A DNA stretch of 64,000 nt from a virus. A program made the position numbers and the translations under genes. Of the stretch, positions 9,060 to 17,520 are shown in pieces. Below the pieces are notes generated by a model, which was not told the DNA's origin, made no database searches, and saw nothing but the letters and a program-made list of their open reading frames with translations. The stretch is taken from the IMG/VR virus record IMGVR_UViG_3300021289_000001; one strand, written 5' to 3'. Position 1 is the first letter of the stretch; each line of letters begins with the position of its first letter.

Positions 9060-9376
9060 ATGATTCAAATAATATAGTATTATTCGGCGTAAAATATCCC
9101 GTAGATAGACTGAATTGCGTCAGTGAATACGGCGTGCCCTATACAGAGCGAAAATTTAGCGTTCCTGTCGTAGATGGTGAAATTGATTTTAGTATTCGTG
9201 TTTATCCTAAGAATACTTTCGTCGTTATTGAATACTGGGATAATCGCTGTGGCGGTTCAGATCTCAACGAAATTACCGGTCCTTTAGTGCGAACGTTGCG
9301 CTTGCCTAATGACGAATTTACAGTAGAGCGCATAGAAGCCATTGTGTTGGGGTTTGGTGAGGCCAAAGCAGTATGA
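9047..9376 (+). CDS. Hypothetical early protein
   Basis: Coupled ORF; likely start at 9056. Confidence 0.6.
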   Translation: MATMNDSNNIVLFGVKYPVDRLNCVSEYGVPYTERKFSVPVVDGEIDFSIRVYPKNTFVVIEYWDNRCGGSDLNEITGPLVRTLRLPNDEFTVERIEAIVLGFGEAKAV

Positions 9377-9543
9377 AAAAAGCAGATTTATTTAATCCAA
9401 AAGGTTATGTTATTAGTTCAATAATCCTCTTGCTCGTTGCCTTTACAATAAAGGCTCCAGTGCTTCCGGTGTTAATTTCGACTCTTGCAGTGGTAATCGT
9501 GGCTTTACTCTGTAATATCGTTTACGATGTTTTTAAGCAGTGA
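9373..9543 (+). CDS. Small membrane protein (56 aa)
   Basis: Below the ORF-track cutoff; MKKADLFNPKGYVISSIILLLVAFTIKAPVLPVLISTLAVVIVALLCNIVYDVFKQ with two hydrophobic segments; ATGA overlap. Confidence 0.6.
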   Translation: MKKADLFNPKGYVISSIILLLVAFTIKAPVLPVLISTLAVVIVALLCNIVYDVFKQ

Positions 9544-9587
9544 TTTTTAGAACGCAAATTCTCATAAGGAGATTGAAGGAGGGGTAT

Positions 9588-9782
9588 ATGCACTATATAA
9601 AGGAATATGAAACTAAAATTGTTCGCACAGTCCATCGGATTACGCTGTATACAGGAGGTGATGCCGGTACGTTGCGGGACGCGCTTCGTCATGTTCCCGA
9701 TAAGGCGAAGCTGATAGACATCAGTACTGATGCGGGGGAAAACACGATCCTGATGTTTCAAGAAGAGAATCGAGTGGAATAA
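9588..9782 (+). CDS. Hypothetical early protein
   Basis: SD AAGGAGGG before ATG 9588. Confidence 0.6.
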   Translation: MHYIKEYETKIVRTVHRITLYTGGDAGTLRDALRHVPDKAKLIDISTDAGENTILMFQEENRVE

Positions 9783-9837
9783 CTTGCGATAATGATGTGA
9801 AAACACAGGCTATCTCATAAGTGAAGGAGCAGAAATA

Positions 9838-10026
9838 ATGTTTGAATGGCTGATTGAGGGATTACTTATTATTCGCAAGTACACCACGGATGCCAGTATG
9901 GTGGCCGAGCACGATCAACTGTGGATAGCAGAGGGCTTGCGCATGGAAGAGGAAGACGAAGTAAAGATGTTTCAGATGGGCTGGTTATGGGACGATAGTG
10001 TTGGCGCTTGGCTATACATTCTATAG
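9838..10026 (+). CDS. Hypothetical early protein
   Basis: SD AAGGAG. Confidence 0.6.
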   Translation: MFEWLIEGLLIIRKYTTDASMVAEHDQLWIAEGLRMEEEDEVKMFQMGWLWDDSVGAWLYIL

Positions 10027-10060
10027 GCGCTGATAATCGGGCATATCATAAGTTGGAGAA

Positions 10061-10345
10061 AATAGCACGGAAGAAGAAAAAGAATACTATATCGCTAGTG
10101 AGCATGACGACGATGACCGCGGGCCATTCGTGGTCATCTGCTCACGCTACATTGATGGCAACATCGCAGACGTGTACGGCGAAACGTTGGCCGAAGCGCG
10201 CCGGATGGCTGAACTGATAGTTGATTCGCTCAACAATATGGTACTCATCGAAGATTTAGACGATGACGACATTGAGTATGACGAAGATGGTTTCGAGGTA
10301 GGCTATCAGGACCGAGGAACAACTGAGACGTTTGGTCACGAATAG
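10061..10345 (+). CDS. Very acidic small protein, start codon uncertain
   Basis: Frame open from 10052; SD GGAG at 10055 but no in-frame ATG next to it. Confidence 0.5.
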   Translation, partial: NSTEEEKEYYIASEHDDDDRGPFVVICSRYIDGNIADVYGETLAEARRMAELIVDSLNNMVLIEDLDDDDIEYDEDGFEVGYQDRGTTETFGHE

Positions 10346-10372
10346 AACACGATAACAGGACTTATCATAGGC

Positions 10373-10525
10373 ATAAAAATAGGTTCATAGGCACGCCTAT
10401 GAACCTATTGGACACACATTAGAATCTAGTGCCTGCAAGCTTGGATTCTAATATGTGCAGTAAAGGGGTTTGCTCTTTATGAACCAAACTCCTCCCATGT
10501 AGTGAGTCAAACTCGCCCCATGAAT
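10373..10525 (-). ncRNA. Candidate structured small RNA
   Basis: TTGACA (10560-10555)-17-TAAACT (10537-10532) promoter, several hairpins, terminal perfect 15-bp stem (10378-10409) with U tract; no credible ORF. Confidence 0.5.
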
Positions 10526-10697
10526 ATTCATAGTTTATCGCAGCGTGTATCGTTTGTCAATAACATATAGGGGAATCGCTAGCTCGCCCGTGTCAAACCG
10601 TGCCCACCTCGGCTACACCGTATCTTCTGCGGCGGCAATCGGGAGCTTGCTAAGACGGCGGGTTGGCTTCCCCACATTTAATCAAAGGAGAATAAGC

Positions 10698-10850
10698 ATG
10701 GCAACTTGGAGTGGCGACAACGAAAGCGAATTCAAGGAAACTATTCTAGAGCAACTGGAATATCGACGCAGTGAATACAATCTTACATGGCCCCAACTGT
10801 TTCGACTCGTTTTAGAAGTGTTAGCTTATTTGATGGAGAATCATGAATAA
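10698..10850 (+). CDS. Hypothetical protein
   Basis: SD AAGGAG before ATG 10698 (shorter than the track ORF). Confidence 0.6.
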   Translation: MATWSGDNESEFKETILEQLEYRRSEYNLTWPQLFRLVLEVLAYLMENHE

Positions 10851-11076
10851 CAACACAGCAAAAAACGCCGAAGCATTAGCAGATGCATTTGCCGCACGCC
10901 TTGATGAAGCGCTAGCCGCTGCGAAGGCTTACGGCAGCGAGAAGGGTGGCCAGCCGTACCGCTGGCACATGGTACTCATCATGCGCTATATTGCCAAGCT
11001 AGAAGCCGCCCTGTCCGCCCAGGCTGCCGAATTATCTGAAGCGGCGAGCGCCGTCGTGCGTTTGCGCGGCGACTGA
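10843..11076 (+). CDS. Hypothetical protein
   Basis: Coupled ORF. Confidence 0.6.
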   Translation: MNNNTAKNAEALADAFAARLDEALAAAKAYGSEKGGQPYRWHMVLIMRYIAKLEAALSAQAAELSEAASAVVRLRGD

Positions 11077-11163
11077 CAGTCATCGGTTGCCGAAATCGTT
11101 CGGTTGCAAGCTGAAAATGAGTCACTGAAATCGATGCAAACGCATTCTAAAGGAGAATAGAAA

Positions 11164-11538
11164 ATGTGTGAATGTGGACTAAATGATCACAAAGATCAAA
11201 TCGAAAAGTATCCTGTTGGAACCAAAATCATTTTTTCTGATGAGGTTTTTGGGGAAGTCGCTTCCCATTGTGATGATGGGCGCGCCGTTGTCAAGATAGG
11301 CCCCAACACTTATACCTTCCATCATTTAGATTCCTACGCCAAGCACGTAGAATTACCACCTGAAATCGAACTCGCCAAACTAAAAGCGGAGAATGATTAC
11401 CTGTTTTTCTTTCGTGTCAATGCACCAACGCATGTAGTAGACGCCATTGATGCTGCCTACGTTGCGCAGGGCAAGACGTTGCCGGTAGGCTGGGCAGATG
11501 CGTTTGCGCTGATTATGCCAGCGTTGCCAGAGCGATGA
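11164..11538 (+). CDS. Hypothetical protein
   Basis: SD AAGGAG. Confidence 0.65.
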   Translation: MCECGLNDHKDQIEKYPVGTKIIFSDEVFGEVASHCDDGRAVVKIGPNTYTFHHLDSYAKHVELPPEIELAKLKAENDYLFFFRVNAPTHVVDAIDAAYVAQGKTLPVGWADAFALIMPALPER

Positions 11539-11765
11539 AAAACATTGACCGCAACGGCAAGCGCATCAAAAGCGGCATGAAAGCCATTTTCAACGGTACT
11601 GATATTATGGGTGAAACATGGTTAGAGCATGGTACTATGCGGTATGACCGCAGCTACAACGCATACATGTTCATAGCTGATGACGGACAGGCTCATGTTG
11701 CTATATTCGACTGGCAACCCGGCAAACGCATTTTCAAGTATTACGAAGTGACGAACGATAAGTAA
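11535..11765 (+). CDS. Hypothetical protein
   Basis: ATGA overlap; followed by a terminator. Confidence 0.6.
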   Translation: MKNIDRNGKRIKSGMKAIFNGTDIMGETWLEHGTMRYDRSYNAYMFIADDGQAHVAIFDWQPGKRIFKYYEVTNDK

Positions 11766-11818
11766 TCTGTTAAAATAAATCAGGCGGAGCGCTTCAAAAA
11801 CCGGCGTTCTCTTAATAC

Positions 11819-11908
11819 ATCGGCTATCGGTAGGACAGCTTCCAGGCGTGAGCACCGATAGCCGATTTTTTTATGGGCAACAAAAAAGCCACACGTTATT
11901 GTGTGGCT
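11819..11908. terminator. Convergent intrinsic terminators
   Basis: ATCGGCTATCGGT...ACCGATAGCCGAT+T7 (plus) and AGCCACAC-gttatt-GTGTGGCT with A6 (minus). Confidence 0.8.
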
Positions 11909-11952
11909 CAGTGGAAACATACTGTTGTTACTCGATAGGCTGTCACCTCCTT

Positions 11953-12828
11953 TCATTTTTTTAGTTTCACTACTCCATTGATTGACATTGCGTGCCCGGC
12001 TTTTTGCAGCGCTTCCAAATCGTTGCGCACCGTATTTGTACTTACATCCAGTAGATCCGCCAAATCCGGCACGCTCATTTCAGAATCGTGCAACTTGTTC
12101 AAAATCGTGTCCTGCCTTTCTGCAATTTTGCGCTGCTTCCCTGCGTTCATTCGTGCAATTGGGTCAATCAAAACCGGTGCAATATCGGGATTTTGCGTAA
12201 TTTCACTAGGTATTTTTTGCACTAAAGGCGTCTCAATGTTCAATTCCGTGTCTACCGATTTTGCACGATTGCCCCGCAATTCTGCAATCATATCGACAAC
12301 AACGCTATCTACAAGCTCTTTCGTCACCTTGCCAACGGCTTTATTGACCTGGGCCTCTATTAAACTTTTATCGACCTGGGCAATGGCATCAACGAGATGG
12401 CGCCTGACGCCGCTGGCCAACTCACGTTGCGCCTCGGCTACCTCACGTCCGTCTAGCGACCGTGTGTAGGCGCTGATTGCCAACGCCAAACCAAGCTCGC
12501 CCAGGCCCGGCAAGGCAAAGCCCAGTAGCCACCCTGACCAGCCGGCGTGCGCAGCGTAGGCAGCGCCTTGAATGCTGCCTGATACGATAGTTAAACCCAC
12601 AGTGACGGTCAACACGGTTAATAACTTGCCGTCCCGCATGTTCCATTTGATCTCGGATAACAGCGCTGCCATCACCACCAGCACGGCGGCTAGCGCCACG
12701 GCCAGCGACCACGCCAAATAGACGTTATCTTCCAAGGTGTTGAAAAATGCTTGGATGTTGAACAGGCTCGCCACGGCAAAGGAGATCATGACGATATGTG
12801 CTAGGTGTTTTGGTTGAATACGTTTCAT
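11953..12828 (-). CDS. Membrane protein with C-terminal winged HTH
   Basis: Four N-terminal hydrophobic helices; MSVPDLADLLDVSTNTVRNDLEAL HTH. Confidence 0.7.
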   Translation of the reverse strand: MKRIQPKHLAHIVMISFAVASLFNIQAFFNTLEDNVYLAWSLAVALAAVLVVMAALLSEIKWNMRDGKLLTVLTVTVGLTIVSGSIQGAAYAAHAGWSGWLLGFALPGLGELGLALAISAYTRSLDGREVAEAQRELASGVRRHLVDAIAQVDKSLIEAQVNKAVGKVTKELVDSVVVDMIAELRGNRAKSVDTELNIETPLVQKIPSEITQNPDIAPVLIDPIARMNAGKQRKIAERQDTILNKLHDSEMSVPDLADLLDVSTNTVRNDLEALQKAGHAMSINGVVKLKK

Positions 12829-12840
12829 ATTACATCACCC

Positions 12841-13107
12841 TCATAACGTTGTTTGTTTTTCGATCCACAGAACAATCTTGCCGGGATTGCCGAATTTACC
12901 AGCATGTACACCATACCGGAGATAGATACTCATGGGAAAGATGATAATGCCAAGCACCACGAATACCGGCCCCCATAAAGGCTCCTTGACAAGCGTTGCC
13001 CCGCCGATAATGTAGCCTATTGAGCAGGCTGTTGCTATCTTGGAAGAGTACACACCCAGAAGAAGCGCAAGAATCCCCGTTGTAATCCAGTTCAACAGTG
13101 TTTTCAT
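12841..13107 (-). CDS. Small membrane protein
   Basis: Likely start MKTLLNWI; three hydrophobic segments. Confidence 0.55.
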   Translation of the reverse strand: MKTLLNWITTGILALLLGVYSSKIATACSIGYIIGGATLVKEPLWGPVFVVLGIIIFPMSIYLRYGVHAGKFGNPGKIVLWIEKQTTL

Positions 13108-13242
13108 TTCCACATCTCCCACAGTCTCGCCCATACCCAGGGTAATTGAAATCGAAAACCCATTAACACGCCATAGACCACATAGATCCCGATAATGCAC
13201 AATAACTTCTCGCCAGCGCTCATTACTGGCGGCGGTGTTTCT

Positions 13243-13572
13243 TTAGGCATCTCTATTTCTCCACCATGTAATCAGCCCTGCGGCGATGATTACCCCGGCC
13301 ACGGTCCACCAGCTAAAGCCGCCTAGCCCATTTACGCCGCTATACTGAATACAAGACTTCATGCTGGTAAACCAGCTATTTTCTTCGCAACCCACGGTAA
13401 TGCGTGCCTGTGCGTCTAGCTTGGCAATTGCTATAGCGCCCTCAGTTTGCACCTGTACGATTTTGTACGATGTAATATGCCCGATGGCACTATCCACAAA
13501 AAAAAGCATACCGAACATGAGGCCAAATAGGACCAAGATTGACAATAGGCAACCGGCGATTTTAATTTGCAT
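13243..13572 (-). CDS. Membrane protein
   Basis: Hydrophobic N- and C-terminal segments. Confidence 0.65.
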   Translation of the reverse strand: MQIKIAGCLLSILVLFGLMFGMLFFVDSAIGHITSYKIVQVQTEGAIAIAKLDAQARITVGCEENSWFTSMKSCIQYSGVNGLGGFSWWTVAGVIIAAGLITWWRNRDA

Positions 13573-13811
13573 TATGCGCCCCCTGGCAGAACTTGCATTA
13601 CTTGCACTGTGATCTGTAGCCGACTATTGCACGCCTGAACCAACAAGCATAGCAAAATAGCTTGCGCCGTGATAATGCTGGCAAATAGCAACGGCGACAC
13701 GGGCATAGTAATGTAGGCCAGGGCGCCCACAATGGCGAGCAGGGCATAAGATTTGACTGGTGAGACTTTAAGTAAAACTAGCAAAAGCATTGCAATAATC
13801 GTGATGTACAT
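13572..13811 (-). CDS. Small membrane protein
   Basis: Almost entirely hydrophobic; SD AAGGAG. Confidence 0.65.
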   Translation of the reverse strand: MYITIIAMLLLVLLKVSPVKSYALLAIVGALAYITMPVSPLLFASIITAQAILLCLLVQACNSRLQITVQVMQVLPGGA

Positions 13812-13834
13812 GGTGTTTTCTCCTTATGTGGGAT

Positions 13835-13946
13835 ACGTGATTGACGTGATTGACGTGATGTGATAACAACGTGATAGATCACGTTTCTCTTGAGTAAATT
13901 TTATTTTCAGCGAGTGCGTTTTTCACGTCAATCACGTCAATCACGT
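13835..13946. repeat. Iteron-like 24-bp inverted repeat built from a 9-bp unit
   Basis: ACGTGATTGACGTGATTGACGTGA (13835-13858), its exact reverse complement (13923-13946), and internal palindrome AACGTGAT-ag-ATCACGTT (13868-13885). Confidence 0.9.
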
Positions 13947-14590
13947 TAAATTAGTGAGTTGTATGCATCTATGATGGCAGCCTTAGCACTGTCAGAATTG
14001 ACGTAATCTTTTAGGTTGAACTGCCATAATCTAGAGCCGTTCTTAAACCAAACTGGTGGTTCGGTTTTGTCGATAATCATCTTGGCGCGCTCTTTGGTTG
14101 TGTTGGGTAAGTCCCCCCGCTGTGCCCACGGTGCAATATTGCCTTTCAGTAACACGCCCTCTTCATTAATTAAATCTTCTTCAAAAGCAGCCAGCGTATA
14201 ATCAATTAGACTGTCGAGCGCTAATTCTAAATCGGCGTTTTTGCTTGGCTTGCTGACTGGCGCAACCGGCTGTACTTCCTCAAACGGTAGCACGGGCATG
14301 GTCATTTCGGCTGAAGGCGGCTCTTGATCTTCCTCATCTCGCATTTCTATCAGCCCTGCCGGTTCATCGTCTAGCCAAACTTGCTGACGGTAATATTTGT
14401 ACAGCAACACGTCAGCGCTGTGGATGTCAGTCTCAAATATCCAAGACGCAACAAGACGCCGCATAACCTTGTCAACGTAGGCGCATAGGTTGCCGACAAT
14501 GACAAGGGGGATTAGCAAAACGCCTAACGCCTTGACGCCTATTGACGGTTGTTGTTCAATGCTACTGGTGACAAAGTTATGCGTTTTCAT
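13946..14590 (-). CDS. Hypothetical protein with N-terminal TM segment
   Basis: 214-aa ORF ending at the edge of the repeat element. Confidence 0.65.
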   Translation of the reverse strand: MKTHNFVTSSIEQQPSIGVKALGVLLIPLVIVGNLCAYVDKVMRRLVASWIFETDIHSADVLLYKYYRQQVWLDDEPAGLIEMRDEEDQEPPSAEMTMPVLPFEEVQPVAPVSKPSKNADLELALDSLIDYTLAAFEEDLINEEGVLLKGNIAPWAQRGDLPNTTKERAKMIIDKTEPPVWFKNGSRLWQFNLKDYVNSDSAKAAIIDAYNSLI

Positions 14591-14592
14591 GT

Positions 14593-14805
14593 TTATCCTT
14601 GCAGTTTGATCTGATTCTCTCTGTCGGTTATCGTGATTACCCTGCCGCTTTTCAGGTAAACTTTTTCGATGGAATATTCACCGTGTACATCACGGTCTAC
14701 CGTCGTTGACGCAACCGTATCGGTTACGATGTCACGTTCGCTTACAGTGATAGTTACGGTTTTTCCACTCAAGTACAGAGGTATCATTTCCCACTCCATT
14801 CCCAA
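14593..14805 (-). CDS. Hypothetical protein
   Basis: Coupled ORF. Confidence 0.5.
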   Translation of the reverse strand: MGMEWEMIPLYLSGKTVTITVSERDIVTDTVASTTVDRDVHGEYSIEKVYLKSGRVITITDRENQIKLQG

Positions 14806-15191
14806 CCGGCTGGCGGGTTAGGCCGCACGCGCCCATCGGCGCTCACGTGTGTTCCAGTGCCGTAGTCGGCAGGCTTGCCAAGCTCCATGCTGCCGCATTC
14901 GTCTGTAACGGCTGTGCATTCTGGCACGTTGATATAGTGCCCCTCGCTGAATACACGGTGCATTCCTGCTGGCACTGTTAGCGGTGCATCTGGGACAACG
15001 GCTGCTACTCGCTTCTCTTCCATTACTGTTCCAACGGAAGGGTGAAAATAATCCCAGCCCATCTTGCCGAAATACAGGGCGCCGAAAATCAGGATGCCCC
15101 AAAACAACCAGGTGACTAGAACATTCTTGCTGTTATTTGCGGGTGCGCTTTGTACCATTGTAATTGCTCCTTTTTGTTGAACTTGTACCAA
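14784..15191 (-). CDS. Membrane-anchored protein
   Basis: Single TM (VLVTWLFWGILIFGALYFG); small Cys-containing outer domain. Confidence 0.6.
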   Translation of the reverse strand: MVQVQQKGAITMVQSAPANNSKNVLVTWLFWGILIFGALYFGKMGWDYFHPSVGTVMEEKRVAAVVPDAPLTVPAGMHRVFSEGHYINVPECTAVTDECGSMELGKPADYGTGTHVSADGRVRPNPPAGWEWSGK

Positions 15192-16284
15192 ACAAGACTT
15201 CCTCTTTAAAACCCTTGATGAACATTTTGCTTTGCCGTTTGCCGTGATAGGCGGCGGCTTTTGCCGTGCTCTTTGCCGTTTCTGTCGCTAGCTTGCCGAC
15301 GCCCTGCGCCGCCTTGCCATATGCCTGCTTTGCCTCTTTGACATCCTTACCAAACGCCTCTTTGATCCTGGTGAACTTGCCATCAGTCGCCAAGATCTGC
15401 GTCAAGACCTCGGCTGAACCGACTTGAATCGTGATAGGCTTGCCCGCTTCCGCAAGTTTGATTTGATGCTGACGGTCCTTCTCGCGCTCTTCCATTTCAC
15501 GGGCGAATTTTCTTTGCTTCCACTTGGCACGAGCAATCAGATAGCCCATGATGAACACACACAGGGCGCCGGCGAGCACAAGCACTTCTGAGAAAAAAAT
15601 CACGGTCAAAATTGCCAGCACTACCAGCATCATTAAGACTTTTTCAAGCCCACCACCGAAGAAGATACCGAAGGCTACCGACTGCTTCACGTCGGTGAAG
15701 TGTGGAGCGTAGTGACGGCTATTGTCAGTGACGTGCATACTGTGATCATCGTAGGACGTGTTATTGGTAATGTGCGTACTGTGGTCATCGATGGCCGTGT
15801 AACTCTGAACGCTGTACGTTTGACTATGGTCATCGGTGACGCTGTACTGATTTGAGCTATAAGCCTGTACGTTGTGCGAGTCGGTCAACTGATAATTTTG
15901 CTGAGTGTAATTTTCCTCATGCACTTCGGATGTGCTAACAATATCGCCATGCAGGTGAGCATGTTGATCGTGTGAGTCTGTCGTATTCGTCACTTGCCGG
16001 TTGTCGGCGTACTGGCGATTGTCATGCCGGTTATCGGTGCGCACATCGGTGCGCGTATTGTGTACTTGCCGGTTATCCTGTCGGTTATCATTGCGCACGT
16101 CGGTGCGACTGCGCCCGGCCAGTAGCCCCACCATTGCCCCGGCTACACCAATGGCCGTGCTTACTACGCCGTTTTGCCGCTGGGCCAGATACGGATTGCT
16201 GCGCACAATCGGGTAAGCGCGTGCGCCTTCATTCAGCTTGATAACAGGCGGCGATGGTTTCTCAATGGTGATTACTGGTTTCAC
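15133..16284 (-). CDS. Membrane protein with D/N/H/T-rich low-complexity repeats
   Basis: DNRQ/DDHS-type repeats between hydrophobic segments; basic C-terminus. Confidence 0.7.
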   Translation of the reverse strand: MKPVITIEKPSPPVIKLNEGARAYPIVRSNPYLAQRQNGVVSTAIGVAGAMVGLLAGRSRTDVRNDNRQDNRQVHNTRTDVRTDNRHDNRQYADNRQVTNTTDSHDQHAHLHGDIVSTSEVHEENYTQQNYQLTDSHNVQAYSSNQYSVTDDHSQTYSVQSYTAIDDHSTHITNNTSYDDHSMHVTDNSRHYAPHFTDVKQSVAFGIFFGGGLEKVLMMLVVLAILTVIFFSEVLVLAGALCVFIMGYLIARAKWKQRKFAREMEEREKDRQHQIKLAEAGKPITIQVGSAEVLTQILATDGKFTRIKEAFGKDVKEAKQAYGKAAQGVGKLATETAKSTAKAAAYHGKRQSKMFIKGFKEEVLFGTSSTKRSNYNGTKRTRK

Positions 16285-16491
16285 TTAGCCATCCCTTCGC
16301 GCCCAACTGGACGCAAACCAAAACGCTACTAAAAACAAATTAGTCAGGGCAAACGGCATATACTCGCCGGTATTGCCCCACCAGAGAAGCGACAATATCC
16401 AGAATGCCATCGTGAAGATTGCGGCTTTGGCGCATAGATCACGGTAGACATCCCACCAATATCCGCTTCTCACGCTCCACCTCCCCGCCAA
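16285..16491 (-). CDS. Small membrane protein
   Basis: Two hydrophobic helices. Confidence 0.5.
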   Translation of the reverse strand: MAGRWSVRSGYWWDVYRDLCAKAAIFTMAFWILSLLWWGNTGEYMPFALTNLFLVAFWFASSWARRDG

Positions 16492-16514
16492 CTAACCATG
16501 TAGACAAGCATCTC

Positions 16515-16631
16515 TTAGCACTCCTGACATTTCCATCCAAACCAAGTTGACTTGTGACAAGTTTCCTGTTGGCATTTGTTGCACCACATGTAGCAAACTC
16601 CACAACGAACAAAATCAAATAGTTTTTTCAT
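16515..16631 (-). CDS. 38-aa Cys-rich (zinc-finger-like) peptide
   Basis: MKKLFDFVRCGVCYMWCNKCQQETCHKSTWFGWKCQEC; SD GGAG 7 nt upstream. Confidence 0.55.
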   Translation of the reverse strand: MKKLFDFVRCGVCYMWCNKCQQETCHKSTWFGWKCQEC

Positions 16632-16798
16632 GTGCGTTCTCCCTAGAAATAAAAAAAGACTTCAAAAGCGATAGATGCCTCGCTGAAGTCTTGGAGAATG
16701 ACGATATTATGAGATAAACTCATACCGTCAAGCTGTCCCGGTTAACGCCCCTCAGCTTGGCTTTGGCGGATGGGTGTATAGAGCACCTATCCGCTGTT

Positions 16799-16978
16799 TT
16801 ATTTAGTTGTCTGCTGTTCTTGGTATCCGCACCTCTCTGCTAGTCGCTCAATTGCTTTAGTAAAATCCAAACTACCATCCGTCGTTATCCAGTTGTACAA
16901 ATCGTCTTTGATGTACGCTCGCCATTGTCGCCGCCGCTTGTTGGCTGGTAACGGCTTGCGCCCTCGCTTAGTGTCAAT
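16799..16978 (-). CDS. Putative 59-aa DNA-binding protein with ATT start
   Basis: AGGAGG-6 nt-ATT; IDTKRGRKPLPANKRRRQW... AT-hook-like N-terminus. Confidence 0.45.
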   Translation of the reverse strand: MDTKRGRKPLPANKRRRQWRAYIKDDLYNWITTDGSLDFTKAIERLAERCGYQEQQTTK

Positions 16979-16990
16979 TTTAATCCTCCT

Positions 16991-17054
16991 TTAGTTATTT
17001 TTTTAAACTCACTTTAATAACTAAAATATTACCACCGTTTTTTTTCGATGTCAA
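16991..17054 (-). promoter_or_regulatory. Promoter of the membrane-protein operon with paired TTAGTTATT motifs
   Basis: TTGACA (17054-17049)-17-TAATAT (17031-17026); inverted motifs at 16991-16999 and 17016-17024. Confidence 0.65.
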
Positions 17055-17259
17055 TACAGAAATTGAAAAGCAGGCAATTTGCCGAACGATGTTCGGACAT
17101 GACCGCAAAAGACTCATTATAAGACGTAGGGCAATCGTATGATTAGACCTATTGACTCCGCAGAAAGTTCGTGATAAAATTACGGTTGTAAGAGGCAAAC
17201 AAAAAAGCCTTGTCAGTGCGGACACACTGACAAGGCAATTCAAGAAAGGAACTTTCAAG

Positions 17260-17460
17260 ATGAGCAACAAGTATAACACCTTCCGCAGTAGCACGCAAGA
17301 CCGCACCGGCAATGGTCAATTCAGCACAAAGAAACACGTTGCCACCGTCAGCGAATTAAACGATAAGGCGCAACGCCAAGCCGAAGCTGACAAGGCGAAC
17401 AAGGCAGTCGTAGCGGCGTTAGGTTTGGATGTTGAGTACAGCGATATTTTTGCGGTCTAG
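17260..17460 (+). CDS. Hypothetical protein
   Basis: SD AAGGA before ATG 17260. Confidence 0.55.
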   Translation: MSNKYNTFRSSTQDRTGNGQFSTKKHVATVSELNDKAQRQAEADKANKAVVAALGLDVEYSDIFAV

Positions 17461-17520
17461 CTAAAAATGAGAGGGGTGGAGATAGTATCAAAGCTCCTAT
17501 ATCTAAAAAAGGAAACTAAA

